DNA of 64,000 nt from positions 7,028 to 71,027 of the IMG/VR virus record IMGVR_UViG_3300034103_000398. One strand, 5' to 3'. The stretch comes from a virus. Shown piece after piece: positions 34,739-45,713 of the stretch. The notes under the pieces are model-generated. The model had not been told where the DNA came from, did not search any database, and worked only from the letters and a program-made list of their open reading frames with translations. Position 1 is the stretch's first letter, and every line of letters starts with the position of its first letter. The position numbers and the translations under genes are program-made.

Positions 34739-35488
34739 TTATTTACCCTTAAATATTCTATCAATAAAATTAGTGCAATCAGTTTCACCTTGAGCAATAA
34801 ACTCAGTGTGCATTCTGTATAGTTCATTGAATGAAAGACCATTCTTATCTACATAGTGATGATTACCAATACCTTTTTCAATATCTGATGGACTAACTTT
34901 ATTCTGGATCTGTAGCCTACGATGTAGCATCTCTTTGCCTACAATACAATGTGCATAATGAAAGATTAACACATCTTCGGTATTAGGTGGCCAATAATGT
35001 CTACCGGTCGTATATTCAATATCATTAAAATTGTGTAGACTACGAGCCTGATGTGCGATGGGATTATCATAGTACGATATGCCTGTATGTACTTGTTCCC
35101 ACAACGGCTTTGACCTATTTAATTTGCCACGTGGATTCCATTTAGTAAATCTGATTCCGGGAATCAAATATTGGCAATTCTCAGGAGTGGCAGTCATCAG
35201 TTTATCAGTATCTCCTACTAAAAATTCGGTTACAGTTAATGCGATTCTCCAACCTTGCAGTTGCCGTTCGTAACCCATAATTTCCTGGTCACACTTTGAA
35301 GCATTGAAATAAGTGTTCTCTGATGTTACAACTTTCCAGTTTGGGCATATTTCTTTACATATTTCTACTGATCGGTCGGTACTACCGTAGTCAATAATTA
35401 CACCATAATCAAAAATATTTTTATGATGATGGAGCCACCATGGTAACAAGTATTCTTCATTATACATGTGTGTTATTACTGTTGTCAT
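34739..35488 (-). CDS. glycosyltransferase family 2-like
   Basis: YNEEYLLPWWLHHH, IDYGSTDRS. Confidence 0.75.
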   Translation of the reverse strand: MTTVITHMYNEEYLLPWWLHHHKNIFDYGVIIDYGSTDRSVEICKEICPNWKVVTSENTYFNASKCDQEIMGYERQLQGWRIALTVTEFLVGDTDKLMTATPENCQYLIPGIRFTKWNPRGKLNRSKPLWEQVHTGISYYDNPIAHQARSLHNFNDIEYTTGRHYWPPNTEDVLIFHYAHCIVGKEMLHRRLQIQNKVSPSDIEKGIGNHHYVDKNGLSFNELYRMHTEFIAQGETDCTNFIDRIFKGK

Positions 35489-36708
35489 TCTTTGTTCTCA
35501 TCCAATATAACTTGCATGTTTGGAAAGTACTTTATGAATACAGTCGGGTCATGATACTTGTTTTTAATTCGTTCCCTAATCTCATTGAAGAAGTTCCAGG
35601 ATAGTGGTACCCAGACTATAGGTTTATTACTGGCAATTTTAATCAATTCATCCAATGATACTATCTTAATCTTTCTGCCCGGAGTATATAGACCTTGTTT
35701 CAATGGATTGTCATCTACGATATAATCTAAGTCTATCTCACCAAAATTTAGTAGTGTGTTACCCTTTGCCGCGGCGCCGTAGCCCACAATTAATGAATCA
35801 CTATGTCTATTCAATTCATCTTTTAATTCAGTTACCACCCTAATTGCAGTATCGGTAAACTTCTTAACTACATCTAGTGTTTGCTTAGTTTCGTTATCTA
35901 TCAATGATTGAGTGTTATTATGTTTAGGATCCGTAGTCAACACAAATACATAACTAGTGCCATGTATATCTGTTTTGAAGACATTTTCTAAATACATGCC
36001 TGACTGTTGTGCTAGTGTTCCCATAGACCTGACATTGAAGAAAGATATATGTTCATGATAGATGGTATCGAACTGTCCATATGCAACCATATCTGCTTGA
36101 CTTGTTTGAATGAATAATCGACCATTGTTAGACAACCTATCTTTGCAAACTCGCAAGAATTCTTTAGGATATGTATTATGTGCAAAGACATTTTGAGCAA
36201 TGATTACATCATATCTATCTGCTCCCAATCTAGCAACAGATTCTTCATTAAAGTAATCACAAATCACAGTATGGTTCTTACTACTACGATCATGTAAGTT
36301 TTCTGCAGGATCTACCCCGTATGTTTGATGACCATGTTTCTTAAAGGCATCAAGTTGCGAACCGTCGTTACATGCAATATCCAAAACCTTATAAGGTCCG
36401 TCGACCGGCATAGCATCAGTAACTATGTCAACAAACTTATCAAAATAATCTTTCAATGTCTGTGTCGTGCCACTTACATAAAGATAGTTTTTGAATAGCA
36501 AGTCAGGATTAACTCCGTGAGTCAATTGCAAGTGTGTGCAATCGTTGCAGTAGTTAAGTGCAAGTGGGTAAAATTCTTCGGCCTCTTCCTTATCTGTAAG
36601 ATAAGAATTTGCTAACGGTTGGTCGTGTAAATCTAAGACAGTGGTTAAGTTTTCTCCACCGCAACATAAGCATTTATCAAGATAAGTAATACTGGAAAGT
36701 TCTGTCAT
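35485..36708 (-). CDS. NDP-hexose C-methyltransferase
   Basis: QPLAN, LDIACNDG, NVFAH, FDTIYHEH, YGAAAKGNT. Confidence 0.88.
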   Translation of the reverse strand: MTELSSITYLDKCLCCGGENLTTVLDLHDQPLANSYLTDKEEAEEFYPLALNYCNDCTHLQLTHGVNPDLLFKNYLYVSGTTQTLKDYFDKFVDIVTDAMPVDGPYKVLDIACNDGSQLDAFKKHGHQTYGVDPAENLHDRSSKNHTVICDYFNEESVARLGADRYDVIIAQNVFAHNTYPKEFLRVCKDRLSNNGRLFIQTSQADMVAYGQFDTIYHEHISFFNVRSMGTLAQQSGMYLENVFKTDIHGTSYVFVLTTDPKHNNTQSLIDNETKQTLDVVKKFTDTAIRVVTELKDELNRHSDSLIVGYGAAAKGNTLLNFGEIDLDYIVDDNPLKQGLYTPGRKIKIVSLDELIKIASNKPIVWVPLSWNFFNEIRERIKNKYHDPTVFIKYFPNMQVILDENKE

Positions 36709-37576
36709 TGTCTCTAACATCGAAATTTATATAATGTCTATTTTGTAATAAGCCTGCGATTAGGCTATCAATTGTATCTTTGAATTCAAAACCAGTTGCA
36801 TTGCAAAACTTTTCAGTACTCAGTTCAAAGTCATATGCCAATGCGTCATTGGGTAGTTCTACTATAGTAGAATTAGTTATACTTGCTACAGTGTTTGCTA
36901 TTGCTCCTACTGTGCTGTTGAACGATGCTAGATTATATTGACCCGGTGTCACATAAGTATCTACTAGCATGTTCAATGCCCTAGTCACATCGCCTATGCC
37001 TAATATTGCCCGGCGTATTTGAATGTTTTTTACTTTAACGGTGTTGGTTTCTACTGCTGATTTAACCATAGAGTTAATCATAAGATCATTTCGTGTGTTT
37101 GGACTAGCACCATTGACTGTTCCAAATCTCAAACCTACTATGTTTTTACCTTCAGCTATATACTTGTTAGCAATAAGATCAACCGTAATTTTTTGCAAGT
37201 CGTAATGATTTAACACATTGAAATTTATGTCAGAGGTCTCATACGAAACACCGATGGTCTTACCATATACACTGGCGCTTGACGCATAGATTAGTTTTTG
37301 ATTAGGTTTTAATTTCTCACACAGGTTTCTAAAGTAATCAACATTATTAATCCAAGACCTTGACGGGCTATGTTCGCACATTGGCACACTACTGTGTCCT
37401 GCTAGACAAACAATAACGTCACATTCTGATGTATCAAATGTGTTGAAATTTTGTCCAGTAGAATAACCTAGATTGGCATTAAACAAACACAGGTCCACAC
37501 TGTGTATTTCATGCGTGGTTCTGTGATAGAATGATGATCCTATGTATCCGTTTCCACCTATCAACAATACTTTCAT
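36677..37576 (-). CDS. NAD-dependent epimerase/dehydratase
   Basis: GGNGYIGS, YASSASVYG, YDLQK, LRFGTV. Confidence 0.85.
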   Translation of the reverse strand: MKVLLIGGNGYIGSSFYHRTTHEIHSVDLCLFNANLGYSTGQNFNTFDTSECDVIVCLAGHSSVPMCEHSPSRSWINNVDYFRNLCEKLKPNQKLIYASSASVYGKTIGVSYETSDINFNVLNHYDLQKITVDLIANKYIAEGKNIVGLRFGTVNGASPNTRNDLMINSMVKSAVETNTVKVKNIQIRRAILGIGDVTRALNMLVDTYVTPGQYNLASFNSTVGAIANTVASITNSTIVELPNDALAYDFELSTEKFCNATGFEFKDTIDSLIAGLLQNRHYINFDVRDNDRTFQYYLS

Positions 37577-37878
37577 TCGTCCCCTGCTATCGGCAATCCA
37601 TTACTGTGTTTATCTGTAGTTTTTTCTACATCCTGAAACAAACGTTTTTCTTGTGCTGTTAATTTGTCTTTGTGAGTTTTACGTGGATTACCGCATAGAT
37701 AGCAATCAGGATTACCACAATCCATTGCATGATGCTTGACTAAACGATGAGGCTCTTTGATAGCTTTATCGTGAAATCCTAAACCATGTGCTTTGGCAAT
37801 CTTAACTTGTTTCTGTACGGCAACTTCATCTTTATATCTACGTTTAGAATTAAGATACTTTGCAAGTTCATTAGCCAT
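37573..37878 (-). CDS. hypothetical protein with CxxxxCxxC motif
   Basis: HHAMDCGNPDCYLCGNPRK. Confidence 0.7.
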   Translation of the reverse strand: MANELAKYLNSKRRYKDEVAVQKQVKIAKAHGLGFHDKAIKEPHRLVKHHAMDCGNPDCYLCGNPRKTHKDKLTAQEKRLFQDVEKTTDKHSNGLPIAGDE

Positions 37879-38254
37879 TGTGTTTCTTTCTATAGTCTTC
37901 TACCGCTGCCTTTATGGCGTCTTCGGCGAGGATGGAGCAGTGGATTTTGACTGGCGGGAGACTGAGTTCTTCCGCGATTTGTGAGTTTCTAATTGTTGCA
38001 GCCTGGTCGAGGGTCTTTCCTTTAACCCATTCTGTGACAAGACTTGAGCTAGCAATCGCTGACCCGCACCCATACGTTTTAAATCTAGCATCTGTTATAA
38101 CTCCTGTAGACTCGTCTACTTTAATTTGTAATTTCATTACGTCCCCGCATGCAGGGGCGCCGACCATGCCAGTACCTACACTGTCGTCAATCTCAAACTT
38201 ACCCACATTTCGTGGATTTTCATAGTGGTCAACTACTTGTGCGCTATAAGCCAT
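37871..38254 (-). CDS. iscU: Fe-S cluster scaffold IscU
   Basis: DHYENPRNVG, GAPACGDVM, FKTYGCGSAIASSS, LPPVKIHCS. Confidence 0.97.
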   Translation of the reverse strand: MAYSAQVVDHYENPRNVGKFEIDDSVGTGMVGAPACGDVMKLQIKVDESTGVITDARFKTYGCGSAIASSSLVTEWVKGKTLDQAATIRNSQIAEELSLPPVKIHCSILAEDAIKAAVEDYRKKHNG

Positions 38255-38267
38255 GTTTATCTCCTAA

Positions 38268-39182
38268 TTACATAGTGTATTTAGCACGCCAAATTTCAAT
38301 GGTTTTATCTAGTCCGTCGCTGAGACTGGTTTTAGGTGACCAACCCAACATTGCTGTTGCTTTGTCATTGGTAGAATTAAGAACATAAATTTCACCAGGT
38401 CTTGCTGGTTTAGTGTCCCAATTTATCTTACCTTTCCAGTCCAATTTCTTTGCAATAGTGTCAACTAATTGCTCAATAGACAATGCATTGTTAGGGCCAG
38501 CACAGAAAATTTCACCACGTGCTTCTACATGTTTATCGAGGATAGCTTCATACATATCTACCAAATCCTCAATGAACAAGAAATTTCTATAAGGATCTTT
38601 GTATCCCAAATTAATCTCATTAGGATTCTTCAACATCTGTGTGATGATTTGCTCAACTACAAAGAAATCATTGTCTACACGACCATATGAATTTGTTTGT
38701 CGAATCGCACAGAACGGATAGTTATACGCTCTTTTCGCATAGTTGAAATATAGCTCACATGCCATTTTTGCAACAGCATAAGGTGCATTTGGATTTTGCT
38801 GAGTTTCTTCATTGAAGACCGGTATGTCTACTGGCATATGATCTTTGATAAGATCACTTTCAGGTTGCCAACCATAAGTTTCCATTGTGCTACTGAATAT
38901 ACACAACTTTAAGTTACTTAGGTTTTTGCTTGATTCGATTAGATTAACAGTACCGGTGTAGTTTATCTGACTAAATGTAGTTTGTTCGTAAAAGCTTTTT
39001 TCGACTTCTGTTCTAGCCGCTAAGTGAATAATAAAGTCAGGATTGACTTCATGCAATCTATCTTTGACTTTATCAAACTCTAATAGATTACAGCCCAAAT
39101 CATAAATCTCATATTTTGAGTTAAATCTTTTGTTAAGATAACCGCCGATAAACCCACTCAATCCTGTTATTAGTATTTTCAT
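38268..39182 (-). CDS. NDP-sugar dehydratase/epimerase
   Basis: TGLSGFIG, HLAA, PYAVAK, R.FL. Confidence 0.85.
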   Translation of the reverse strand: MKILITGLSGFIGGYLNKRFNSKYEIYDLGCNLLEFDKVKDRLHEVNPDFIIHLAARTEVEKSFYEQTTFSQINYTGTVNLIESSKNLSNLKLCIFSSTMETYGWQPESDLIKDHMPVDIPVFNEETQQNPNAPYAVAKMACELYFNYAKRAYNYPFCAIRQTNSYGRVDNDFFVVEQIITQMLKNPNEINLGYKDPYRNFLFIEDLVDMYEAILDKHVEARGEIFCAGPNNALSIEQLVDTIAKKLDWKGKINWDTKPARPGEIYVLNSTNDKATAMLGWSPKTSLSDGLDKTIEIWRAKYTM

Positions 39183-39718
39183 TTTGTTATTTCTTCATTG
39201 TCTACTACTATCCAACCCAACTTTAATAGGTCAGCACGTATTTCATCAGTAACCACACTTTCAGGTACAAACCCGTTTGGATACTTTACATCTAAACTTG
39301 GATCGTACCCGGTATCGTTTCGTATACCAGAGCAGTACCAATCCATGTAGTCGCCTTCTTCCACCATGTTAGCAACAATGCCGCCGGCACTGCGCCAACT
39401 AGCGCTCCAAGTTTTACCTTGTAACAAGGGCCATATATCGTTCTTTGTAAAATCATTATTACATATTGCCGCATATATATTCTGTGCATATGATTCACTT
39501 GCTTTTGCTTTATCGCATATCCACTTAGTGGATCGCAAGTCATATTCCATATTGTCTTTTTTCCATTCTTCAGTTTCTTCGAGTTCGACACGGTGCTCTC
39601 TCATGGTCTTAAATAATTCCATTATAGGCTTTGCATCTTCTAAAGACTTCTCACCTTCTTCAACTTTTTTAATCAAGTTGTTAAGTTGAAAAGTTCCGCG
39701 GTCTGGACTAGAGTTCAT
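39179..39718 (-). CDS. hypothetical phage protein
   Basis: 179-aa ORF in operon. Confidence 0.7.
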   Translation of the reverse strand: MNSSPDRGTFQLNNLIKKVEEGEKSLEDAKPIMELFKTMREHRVELEETEEWKKDNMEYDLRSTKWICDKAKASESYAQNIYAAICNNDFTKNDIWPLLQGKTWSASWRSAGGIVANMVEEGDYMDWYCSGIRNDTGYDPSLDVKYPNGFVPESVVTDEIRADLLKLGWIVVDNEEITK

Positions 39719-39719
39719 A

Positions 39720-40817
39720 TTAGAATAGATTTACTTTTTCCCATGGCATATCAGGTTTACCAAAATGACCATAGTTTGTTGTTTTGCTATAAATTGGTTT
39801 GAATAGATCAAATCTATCAATGATACCCTTAGGTGTTAGGTCAACGTTGTCTTGTACCCATTTGGTAAGATCACGTCCTTGTGGTGTATCTGCTGTTTCA
39901 ATATAGAAACTCATTGGATCAGCTAGACCAATGGCATAGCTAATTTGCACTGTTGCCCAATCTGCCTTGCCGCTAGCTACGATATTTTTAGCAATCCATC
40001 TGGTTAAGTAAGCCGCACTGCGATCTACTTTAGTAGGGTCTTTACCACTGAAAGCGCCACCACCATGAGGACTATAACCACCGTAGGTGTCCACAATAAT
40101 TTTTCTTCCAGTGAGCCCAGTGTCGCCATCAGGACCACCAATAACGAAGCGACCAGTAGGATTAATAAAAAACTCGGTAGCATTGTCTATGTACTGTTTG
40201 GGTAGGATATCAATAATAATTCGTTTAACAAACTCTCGGACAAACTCAATATCTGCGCTTGCATCATGCTGTGTTGAGCACACAACCTTAGCAATACGCT
40301 TTGGTGTGCCATTGTCATTATATTCAAAGGTTACCTGACTCTTTGCATCAGGGCCTAGAACAGTTGATCCTTGTTTTCGCATACGAGTTAGTTCTTCAAC
40401 GATGCGATGTGACCAATATATTGCACTGGGCATGTGATTTTCGGTTTCACTACATGCGTATCCAAACATTAAACCTTGATCGCCGGCGCCAAATGTATCA
40501 GTACCTAATGCAATATCTGCACTTTGCCCATGCAATAAATTGGTAACTTTTAACTTGCGCCAATCAAATCCTTCTTGTTCATAACCTATTAGTTTAACAA
40601 CACGACGGATTGCGCTATCAACTTGCAAATCATGCAGTGTACCTTTATATTCACCGGCTACTACTACTTGATTAGTAGTAACCAGTGTTTCACAGGCACA
40701 TCGTAGTGACGAATCACCACTCTCCATGATTAAATCTAAAATAGCATCACTGATAGCGTCTGCTACTTTATCGGGATGCCCCTCGCTCACACTTTCACTT
40801 GTAAAAAGATAACTCAT
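39720..40817 (-). CDS. metK: S-adenosylmethionine synthetase
   Basis: FTSESVSEGHPDK, GAGDQG, GGGAFSGKD. Confidence 0.97.
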   Translation of the reverse strand: MSYLFTSESVSEGHPDKVADAISDAILDLIMESGDSSLRCACETLVTTNQVVVAGEYKGTLHDLQVDSAIRRVVKLIGYEQEGFDWRKLKVTNLLHGQSADIALGTDTFGAGDQGLMFGYACSETENHMPSAIYWSHRIVEELTRMRKQGSTVLGPDAKSQVTFEYNDNGTPKRIAKVVCSTQHDASADIEFVREFVKRIIIDILPKQYIDNATEFFINPTGRFVIGGPDGDTGLTGRKIIVDTYGGYSPHGGGAFSGKDPTKVDRSAAYLTRWIAKNIVASGKADWATVQISYAIGLADPMSFYIETADTPQGRDLTKWVQDNVDLTPKGIIDRFDLFKPIYSKTTNYGHFGKPDMPWEKVNLF

Positions 40818-40852
40818 ATTTTTCCTTAGTGAAGTATTTACTAGGTATTAGG

Positions 40853-41164
40853 TCACTTGAAAAATATCAGTGCCATTGCAGTTGCTTGTAACAAGAAACC
40901 AATACCAATTGTAATAATGTTGAGCAAGTCTTTAGTTAATACTGCTTTGAAGAACAATAAACCAAGTGTAGTCCAAATCATCAATACTAGATCCACAGCA
41001 GGTGGTTTATCAGTTAGGCCAGTCATTAGTGCAAAAAATGACGGGATAGTCGCACAATGAAGTGCAATGTTAGCTAACCACCCTAGAGTTTCTGCTGACA
41101 TTTTACCCAATTTGTTAGCAAAAAAGTCTTTGATGTATTCCATTGTTTGAAGCATATAGCTCAT
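40853..41164 (-). CDS. small membrane protein
   Basis: three hydrophobic segments. Confidence 0.6.
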   Translation of the reverse strand: MSYMLQTMEYIKDFFANKLGKMSAETLGWLANIALHCATIPSFFALMTGLTDKPPAVDLVLMIWTTLGLLFFKAVLTKDLLNIITIGIGFLLQATAMALIFFK

Positions 41165-41727
41165 GATCGTACCTTTGTTTTATAAAAAATGTGAGTTCCC
41201 ACTTTAGTAATACGCTCATGCGGCCAGCGTGGGTTTACATAATCCGCATGATAAAAGAGAGCATCCTCTAGAGAATCCAATCTAAAACCTTCTAACAAAA
41301 CCTTCTTAGCGACTGCATAGCTATCAGCATATGAATCTTTATTGATAGGTCTTGTTCTATGTGCGCTGTCACAATACCAACTAAATTGGCACACTACTTT
41401 TTCCATGACAACATTCTTTTGATAAACTACTCCGCATACACCAGAACCAAAACGACCATCATCGACCCGGTTCAGTGTTACTTGAGCTACTGCAACTTTA
41501 CCTTCAAACGGTTCATTACCTGCTTCTCGGTAGATGTTTAGTGCCAAACATTCTAGTGTTCTGTCTACATTCTTTATGTCTACATACGACTTGTGTTCTC
41601 GGGCAATTTCTAAAATTCCTCCGGCGTTTGTACTACTCTGTAGTTTGTACGTAGTAACTATATTGACTATTAATAAAATAAAAAACAGACCCAAAAGCCT
41701 ATTAAATGTTTTTATAGTTGTTTCCAT
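41161..41727 (-). CDS. cell-wall hydrolase, SleB/Hydrolase_2 family
   Basis: CLALNIYREA.NE, VAQVTLNRV, CQFSW, YHADYVNP.W, HIFY. Confidence 0.9.
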   Translation of the reverse strand: METTIKTFNRLLGLFFILLIVNIVTTYKLQSSTNAGGILEIAREHKSYVDIKNVDRTLECLALNIYREAGNEPFEGKVAVAQVTLNRVDDGRFGSGVCGVVYQKNVVMEKVVCQFSWYCDSAHRTRPINKDSYADSYAVAKKVLLEGFRLDSLEDALFYHADYVNPRWPHERITKVGTHIFYKTKVRS

Positions 41728-41826
41728 TTTCAACTTCCTTTCTTAAAAGATACCTACAATAGGTAAAAATACTTAGATGCTACAAGTATAGCACCAAAAC
41801 GAATTTGTATCAACAAAAACGGTTAA

Positions 41827-44800
41827 TTAGTCTATCCAGCAGTCACAATTGCACTTCACAACTTCATCTATAGCGTCCTGTACGCTTAAAGTAGATGGTA
41901 GTAATACGGAAGATGTATATGCTGTGTTTAATGTCGCGGGTAACAAGTTTGATTCTTGTGATCCGGCTAGGCTTCCTGGAAATTCCGGCGCACCGGTGTC
42001 CAGTGGACTAGCATCACCGGTTGGTATTCTTGTCCCTGTCTTGAATACACCAATCGGTTGCAGGTTATTAGAGAATTTATCATCTGGTGAAAAGTTCTCT
42101 GTTGTTCCTGTTTGTAGTGAGTTAGGGTCTGCGGCTGATGAGCCGAATAATGCAGGCCCTGTACCATTGTTGTTTGGTCCCAATAAGCTAGTGTTATTAG
42201 GGTCTGATGTGCTTGATTGAACCAATGTACCTATTGCCGGCACTTCATTTATTGCAGTGACACTTGTTGTCTTCATGAATTGGTTCGTGTTTGGATCAAA
42301 GTAACCTTGTGGAATAGGTGCAATAGTATCACCACTATCACAGTCACTCTGTAACATTAAGCTAGGCAATGTAAATACTGTAGTGGGATTTGTCGCATTA
42401 CCGTTTATGCCTTCTACTGATATACCAGTCTTTGCAGTAGGTGCTGTTCCGTTGGAAAGTAAAACGGGTGCTACAGCAGGGTTAGGTTGATCGGGTATAG
42501 ATGTATCGGTTGTTATACCAAGTTCTTGTAACTTTGCTTGATTTCTAATTTGTCTACCCAATGCAATAACACTTTGTCCTCCCACTGAGCACAAATCAGT
42601 GATTGCTTCCAATGTCTGACCATACATATGAGGATATGTGTTAGTCATAAAATCAGTCATCGAGTCAACGAATGTTATCTGAGATGTAGGACTTAGGTTC
42701 AACCAAATATCTCTAATCTCATCAACTGGTGGAATTCCATGATATCTAGCTCTTTGCTCAACTAATAACTGATTGCCAAACACATTGTATACTGTGTTTA
42801 GTTTGTTGGTATCTGTTAATTTGGTTGTGCTTATTGAAGCAATCTCATCGTTGGCTTGTGCAATATATGCACTAACTACAGTGTTCATTCCAGGCCAGCC
42901 TGCTGTACCGCTTGCTGTATTTGTTCCGCCTGTTGCGATACTTCCATCTATTGCTACTGCTAATGTTGCAGTAGGAGGACATTGTACTGTTGCAGTAGGA
43001 ATTGTTCCTGTTGCTGATCCTGCTGAAGTTAACGTTACACTTGTAACTCTACCATATGTTGAAACATTACTAGGATCTGTTCCTATAGTACATGTTGCAG
43101 TTGCGCCCGAACCGCCGGCAATAGTAATAGTAGGGGCAGATGCAGTACCTCTATAATAGCCGCCGCCCGGATCAGTTACGGTTAATCCTGTAATCGTATA
43201 AAGAGGGCCGCCTGCAGTTGTATATTGAACAGATAGTGTAGCACCTTCCCATGTCGTAGCAAGATACAATTGATTGTATATGTTGGACAGCTTTGTTGTT
43301 TGTGCCGCAAGTATATTCTTTTGCAATTCATTCCAACTATAAGGTAAACCTGACATGCATCCAAAGAAGTCGCTCATTGTGTAAGTGCCTTCTGGGCCGC
43401 TGCCTAATGCGACTTTATCATAAGTTTGTTGTGCAAGTATTGTGTTGGTTGGAACATCAGTACCATTAACTAAGTTCAACCCTACATTACTTACTTCTAT
43501 TGATGCGGCCACTTGTGCAAATTTTTCAAAGCTAACATTTCTGATGTTAGAGATTTGAAGCATACTAAATGCAAATGCACCTGATGCTGTCCCAATGTCA
43601 TCTGGAACCGCTTCTTGTAAATATGAATTAAACCCAACAGGTAATATTTGGATGTTCGTTGTTGTGTTATTGCTTATCGGCGGAGTACCAAACGGGGTGT
43701 TGATTCCTACTTGTTGTGTAAGCCCTGGATTATTCAACCTAGAACTTACACCGCCTTCTTCGTAGATAGGGTAATATGTTTTGCTGTTTGTAGGATTAGC
43801 AGTTGTGTTATACATCGGAACTGTCATCGATGCATAACTGTTAGGGAACATCTTCTTCACATCTAGCAAATCTGCTAATGTCGTTAGACCTTTTGTTTTG
43901 CAGTTCAATGGAACTACAATGTCTATTAAGTCTATACCCACTATAACTAAGAATGAACCGTATATCTGTTGCTCTTGTTGTTTTGTTACTGAAGTTATTT
44001 CACCTGAAGCAATGCCTAACGCTTCGTCAGGGGTCATTCCAGAGGATAACAATGCCAGTGTAAGTGATTCAGTTAGTGCATTGTAGTTGTATATTGATTG
44101 CAACAAAGTAGACGGCAACCCAAACTTACCAAGCTTACTCAAATCTATCACTTTACCTAAAGTGATACAGTCTCGACCAAATGTTGCTGTTGCTAAATTC
44201 ACACCAGTGATATCACCACTGGTAAGGTCGTTCATGTTGCTGTAGGTGCCTTGCAAGAAAGTTATGCTTCTGCCTGCAATATTTATAAAAGGATTATTAG
44301 ATTCGATAAAGCTCTGTGAACTCATAAACGAACTTACAAAATCTTTATATTGAACAGTAGAGCTACTTGGTATGCCGTTCCAATTGTATTCATTCCATGC
44401 TTGCAATGCATAGTTGCGCAAGAATCCCCATTGTGTTATTGATCCATTGGGGTTAGTTAAATCATACGGTAACCAACTAGCTTCTTGCCCTTGACCTTCG
44501 TCATTGTTTGGGTAGTCAGGGTTTACATCATTACCATAGCCACTAGTTGCGGGTGTCCCGTAATCAGTCCATAGACCACTAGGATCAGTTGCAACATATG
44601 TAGGTGGTTTGCTATTACCTAGTGCAGGACACACATTAGCACCTATGCTAATTAGTGTATCATATACAGATGTTCCTGCAGGCGTAGTAGTTACTTGTCC
44701 TCTAATATACGCATCATTAATTGCGTATGTTAACAAATTCAAACATGTGTTAGTGACTATTGTACCGGGAGTGTATGTTGCATTTACTTTACTTACACCC

Positions 44801-44898
44801 ATATAGGATGCTGCTACTGGATTTATCTGAAACCCAGTATTATTGATTAACGATCCAATTGCGTTAACGCCTAGCGGAGACTGTTTAGGTGTTGTCAT
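41827..44898 (-). CDS. large putative virion structural protein
   Basis: about 1020 aa, T/G/S-rich, GGGY...PTITIAGGSGATAT motif; coupled to PAAR gene. Confidence 0.55.
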   Translation of the reverse strand: MTTPKQSPLGVNAIGSLINNTGFQINPVAASYMGVSKVNATYTPGTIVTNTCLNLLTYAINDAYIRGQVTTTPAGTSVYDTLISIGANVCPALGNSKPPTYVATDPSGLWTDYGTPATSGYGNDVNPDYPNNDEGQGQEASWLPYDLTNPNGSITQWGFLRNYALQAWNEYNWNGIPSSSTVQYKDFVSSFMSSQSFIESNNPFINIAGRSITFLQGTYSNMNDLTSGDITGVNLATATFGRDCITLGKVIDLSKLGKFGLPSTLLQSIYNYNALTESLTLALLSSGMTPDEALGIASGEITSVTKQQEQQIYGSFLVIVGIDLIDIVVPLNCKTKGLTTLADLLDVKKMFPNSYASMTVPMYNTTANPTNSKTYYPIYEEGGVSSRLNNPGLTQQVGINTPFGTPPISNNTTTNIQILPVGFNSYLQEAVPDDIGTASGAFAFSMLQISNIRNVSFEKFAQVAASIEVSNVGLNLVNGTDVPTNTILAQQTYDKVALGSGPEGTYTMSDFFGCMSGLPYSWNELQKNILAAQTTKLSNIYNQLYLATTWEGATLSVQYTTAGGPLYTITGLTVTDPGGGYYRGTASAPTITIAGGSGATATCTIGTDPSNVSTYGRVTSVTLTSAGSATGTIPTATVQCPPTATLAVAIDGSIATGGTNTASGTAGWPGMNTVVSAYIAQANDEIASISTTKLTDTNKLNTVYNVFGNQLLVEQRARYHGIPPVDEIRDIWLNLSPTSQITFVDSMTDFMTNTYPHMYGQTLEAITDLCSVGGQSVIALGRQIRNQAKLQELGITTDTSIPDQPNPAVAPVLLSNGTAPTAKTGISVEGINGNATNPTTVFTLPSLMLQSDCDSGDTIAPIPQGYFDPNTNQFMKTTSVTAINEVPAIGTLVQSSTSDPNNTSLLGPNNNGTGPALFGSSAADPNSLQTGTTENFSPDDKFSNNLQPIGVFKTGTRIPTGDASPLDTGAPEFPGSLAGSQESNLLPATLNTAYTSSVLLPSTLSVQDAIDEVVKCNCDCWID

Positions 44899-45176
44899 GG
44901 GCAATATACATTAGAGCTACCTTGTGCGATTCTATGCCCACATGTATTTCCTGAACCTACTCTTAGTACAGGTGCGCCTTCAGCAAATACTGTAGGGCTA
45001 CCTTGAGTTGTCTTAGCAGCTCTATGAGGCGGATGTGGTCTACCAAAAGGTGAATGCGGTGTGATTTGACTCACATGCAACCCTACTGGAATTCCATTGG
45101 CAAAAACTGTGCCGGCCCCACGCATAATTGCGCCGCCTGCATTGTTTTTGTCACCTTTTCTGCTAAGTTGTGGCAT
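44895..45176 (-). CDS. PAAR-domain spike protein
   Basis: RKGD, GSPTVFAEG, TCGH.IAQGSSNV. Confidence 0.85.
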   Translation of the reverse strand: MPQLSRKGDKNNAGGAIMRGAGTVFANGIPVGLHVSQITPHSPFGRPHPPHRAAKTTQGSPTVFAEGAPVLRVGSGNTCGHRIAQGSSNVYCP

Positions 45177-45177
45177 A

Positions 45178-45483
45178 TTATCCTAATACGATTTTCTTGT
45201 CCGGTACCTTAATACCGGTAGTTGCTTCTAAATATTTCATTTTGATACTGTCATCAGTTTCAGCATAGATAGCAATGCTATTAGTATTTAGTCTAAAAAT
45301 ACCCTTCGGTTCTGCTGTAAATACGCTAGGAATCATTTGCATACCCTGCTGTGTAGGTGCAATAGAGACTGGTTCTTCTAATTCAATGAATTCACCACCT
45401 GATTGTCTTACTTTAGCGATAAGTTCTTCTCCTGAGTTGAGTTTGAATGTGTATACTGAGTTTGGTTGTAGTGCTATTTGCAT
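45178..45483 (-). CDS. hypothetical phage protein (possible Sm-like fold)
   Basis: FKLNSGEELIAK. Confidence 0.6.
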   Translation of the reverse strand: MQIALQPNSVYTFKLNSGEELIAKVRQSGGEFIELEEPVSIAPTQQGMQMIPSVFTAEPKGIFRLNTNSIAIYAETDDSIKMKYLEATTGIKVPDKKIVLG

Positions 45484-45713
45484 TATTTGCTTTCTGTTAA
45501 TTTTTGCTTGAGTTCAGTGAACCCACCGATTAATTGATCGTCTAAAAAGATTTGAGGTACTGTTCGTGCAGTAGGAACTGCTTCTAGTAAATCTTCTTTT
45601 GTATAACCGTCTCCGATTTTCTTTTCTTCGAATTCAATTCCTTTTTGTGTTAGTAATGCCTTTGCTTGATCGCAATAAGGGCAGTGATACTTACTCCATA
45701 CTGTTGCTTTCAT
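45483..45713 (-). CDS. glutaredoxin
   Basis: CPYC, TVPQIF, IGGF. Confidence 0.95.
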   Translation of the reverse strand: MKATVWSKYHCPYCDQAKALLTQKGIEFEEKKIGDGYTKEDLLEAVPTARTVPQIFLDDQLIGGFTELKQKLTESK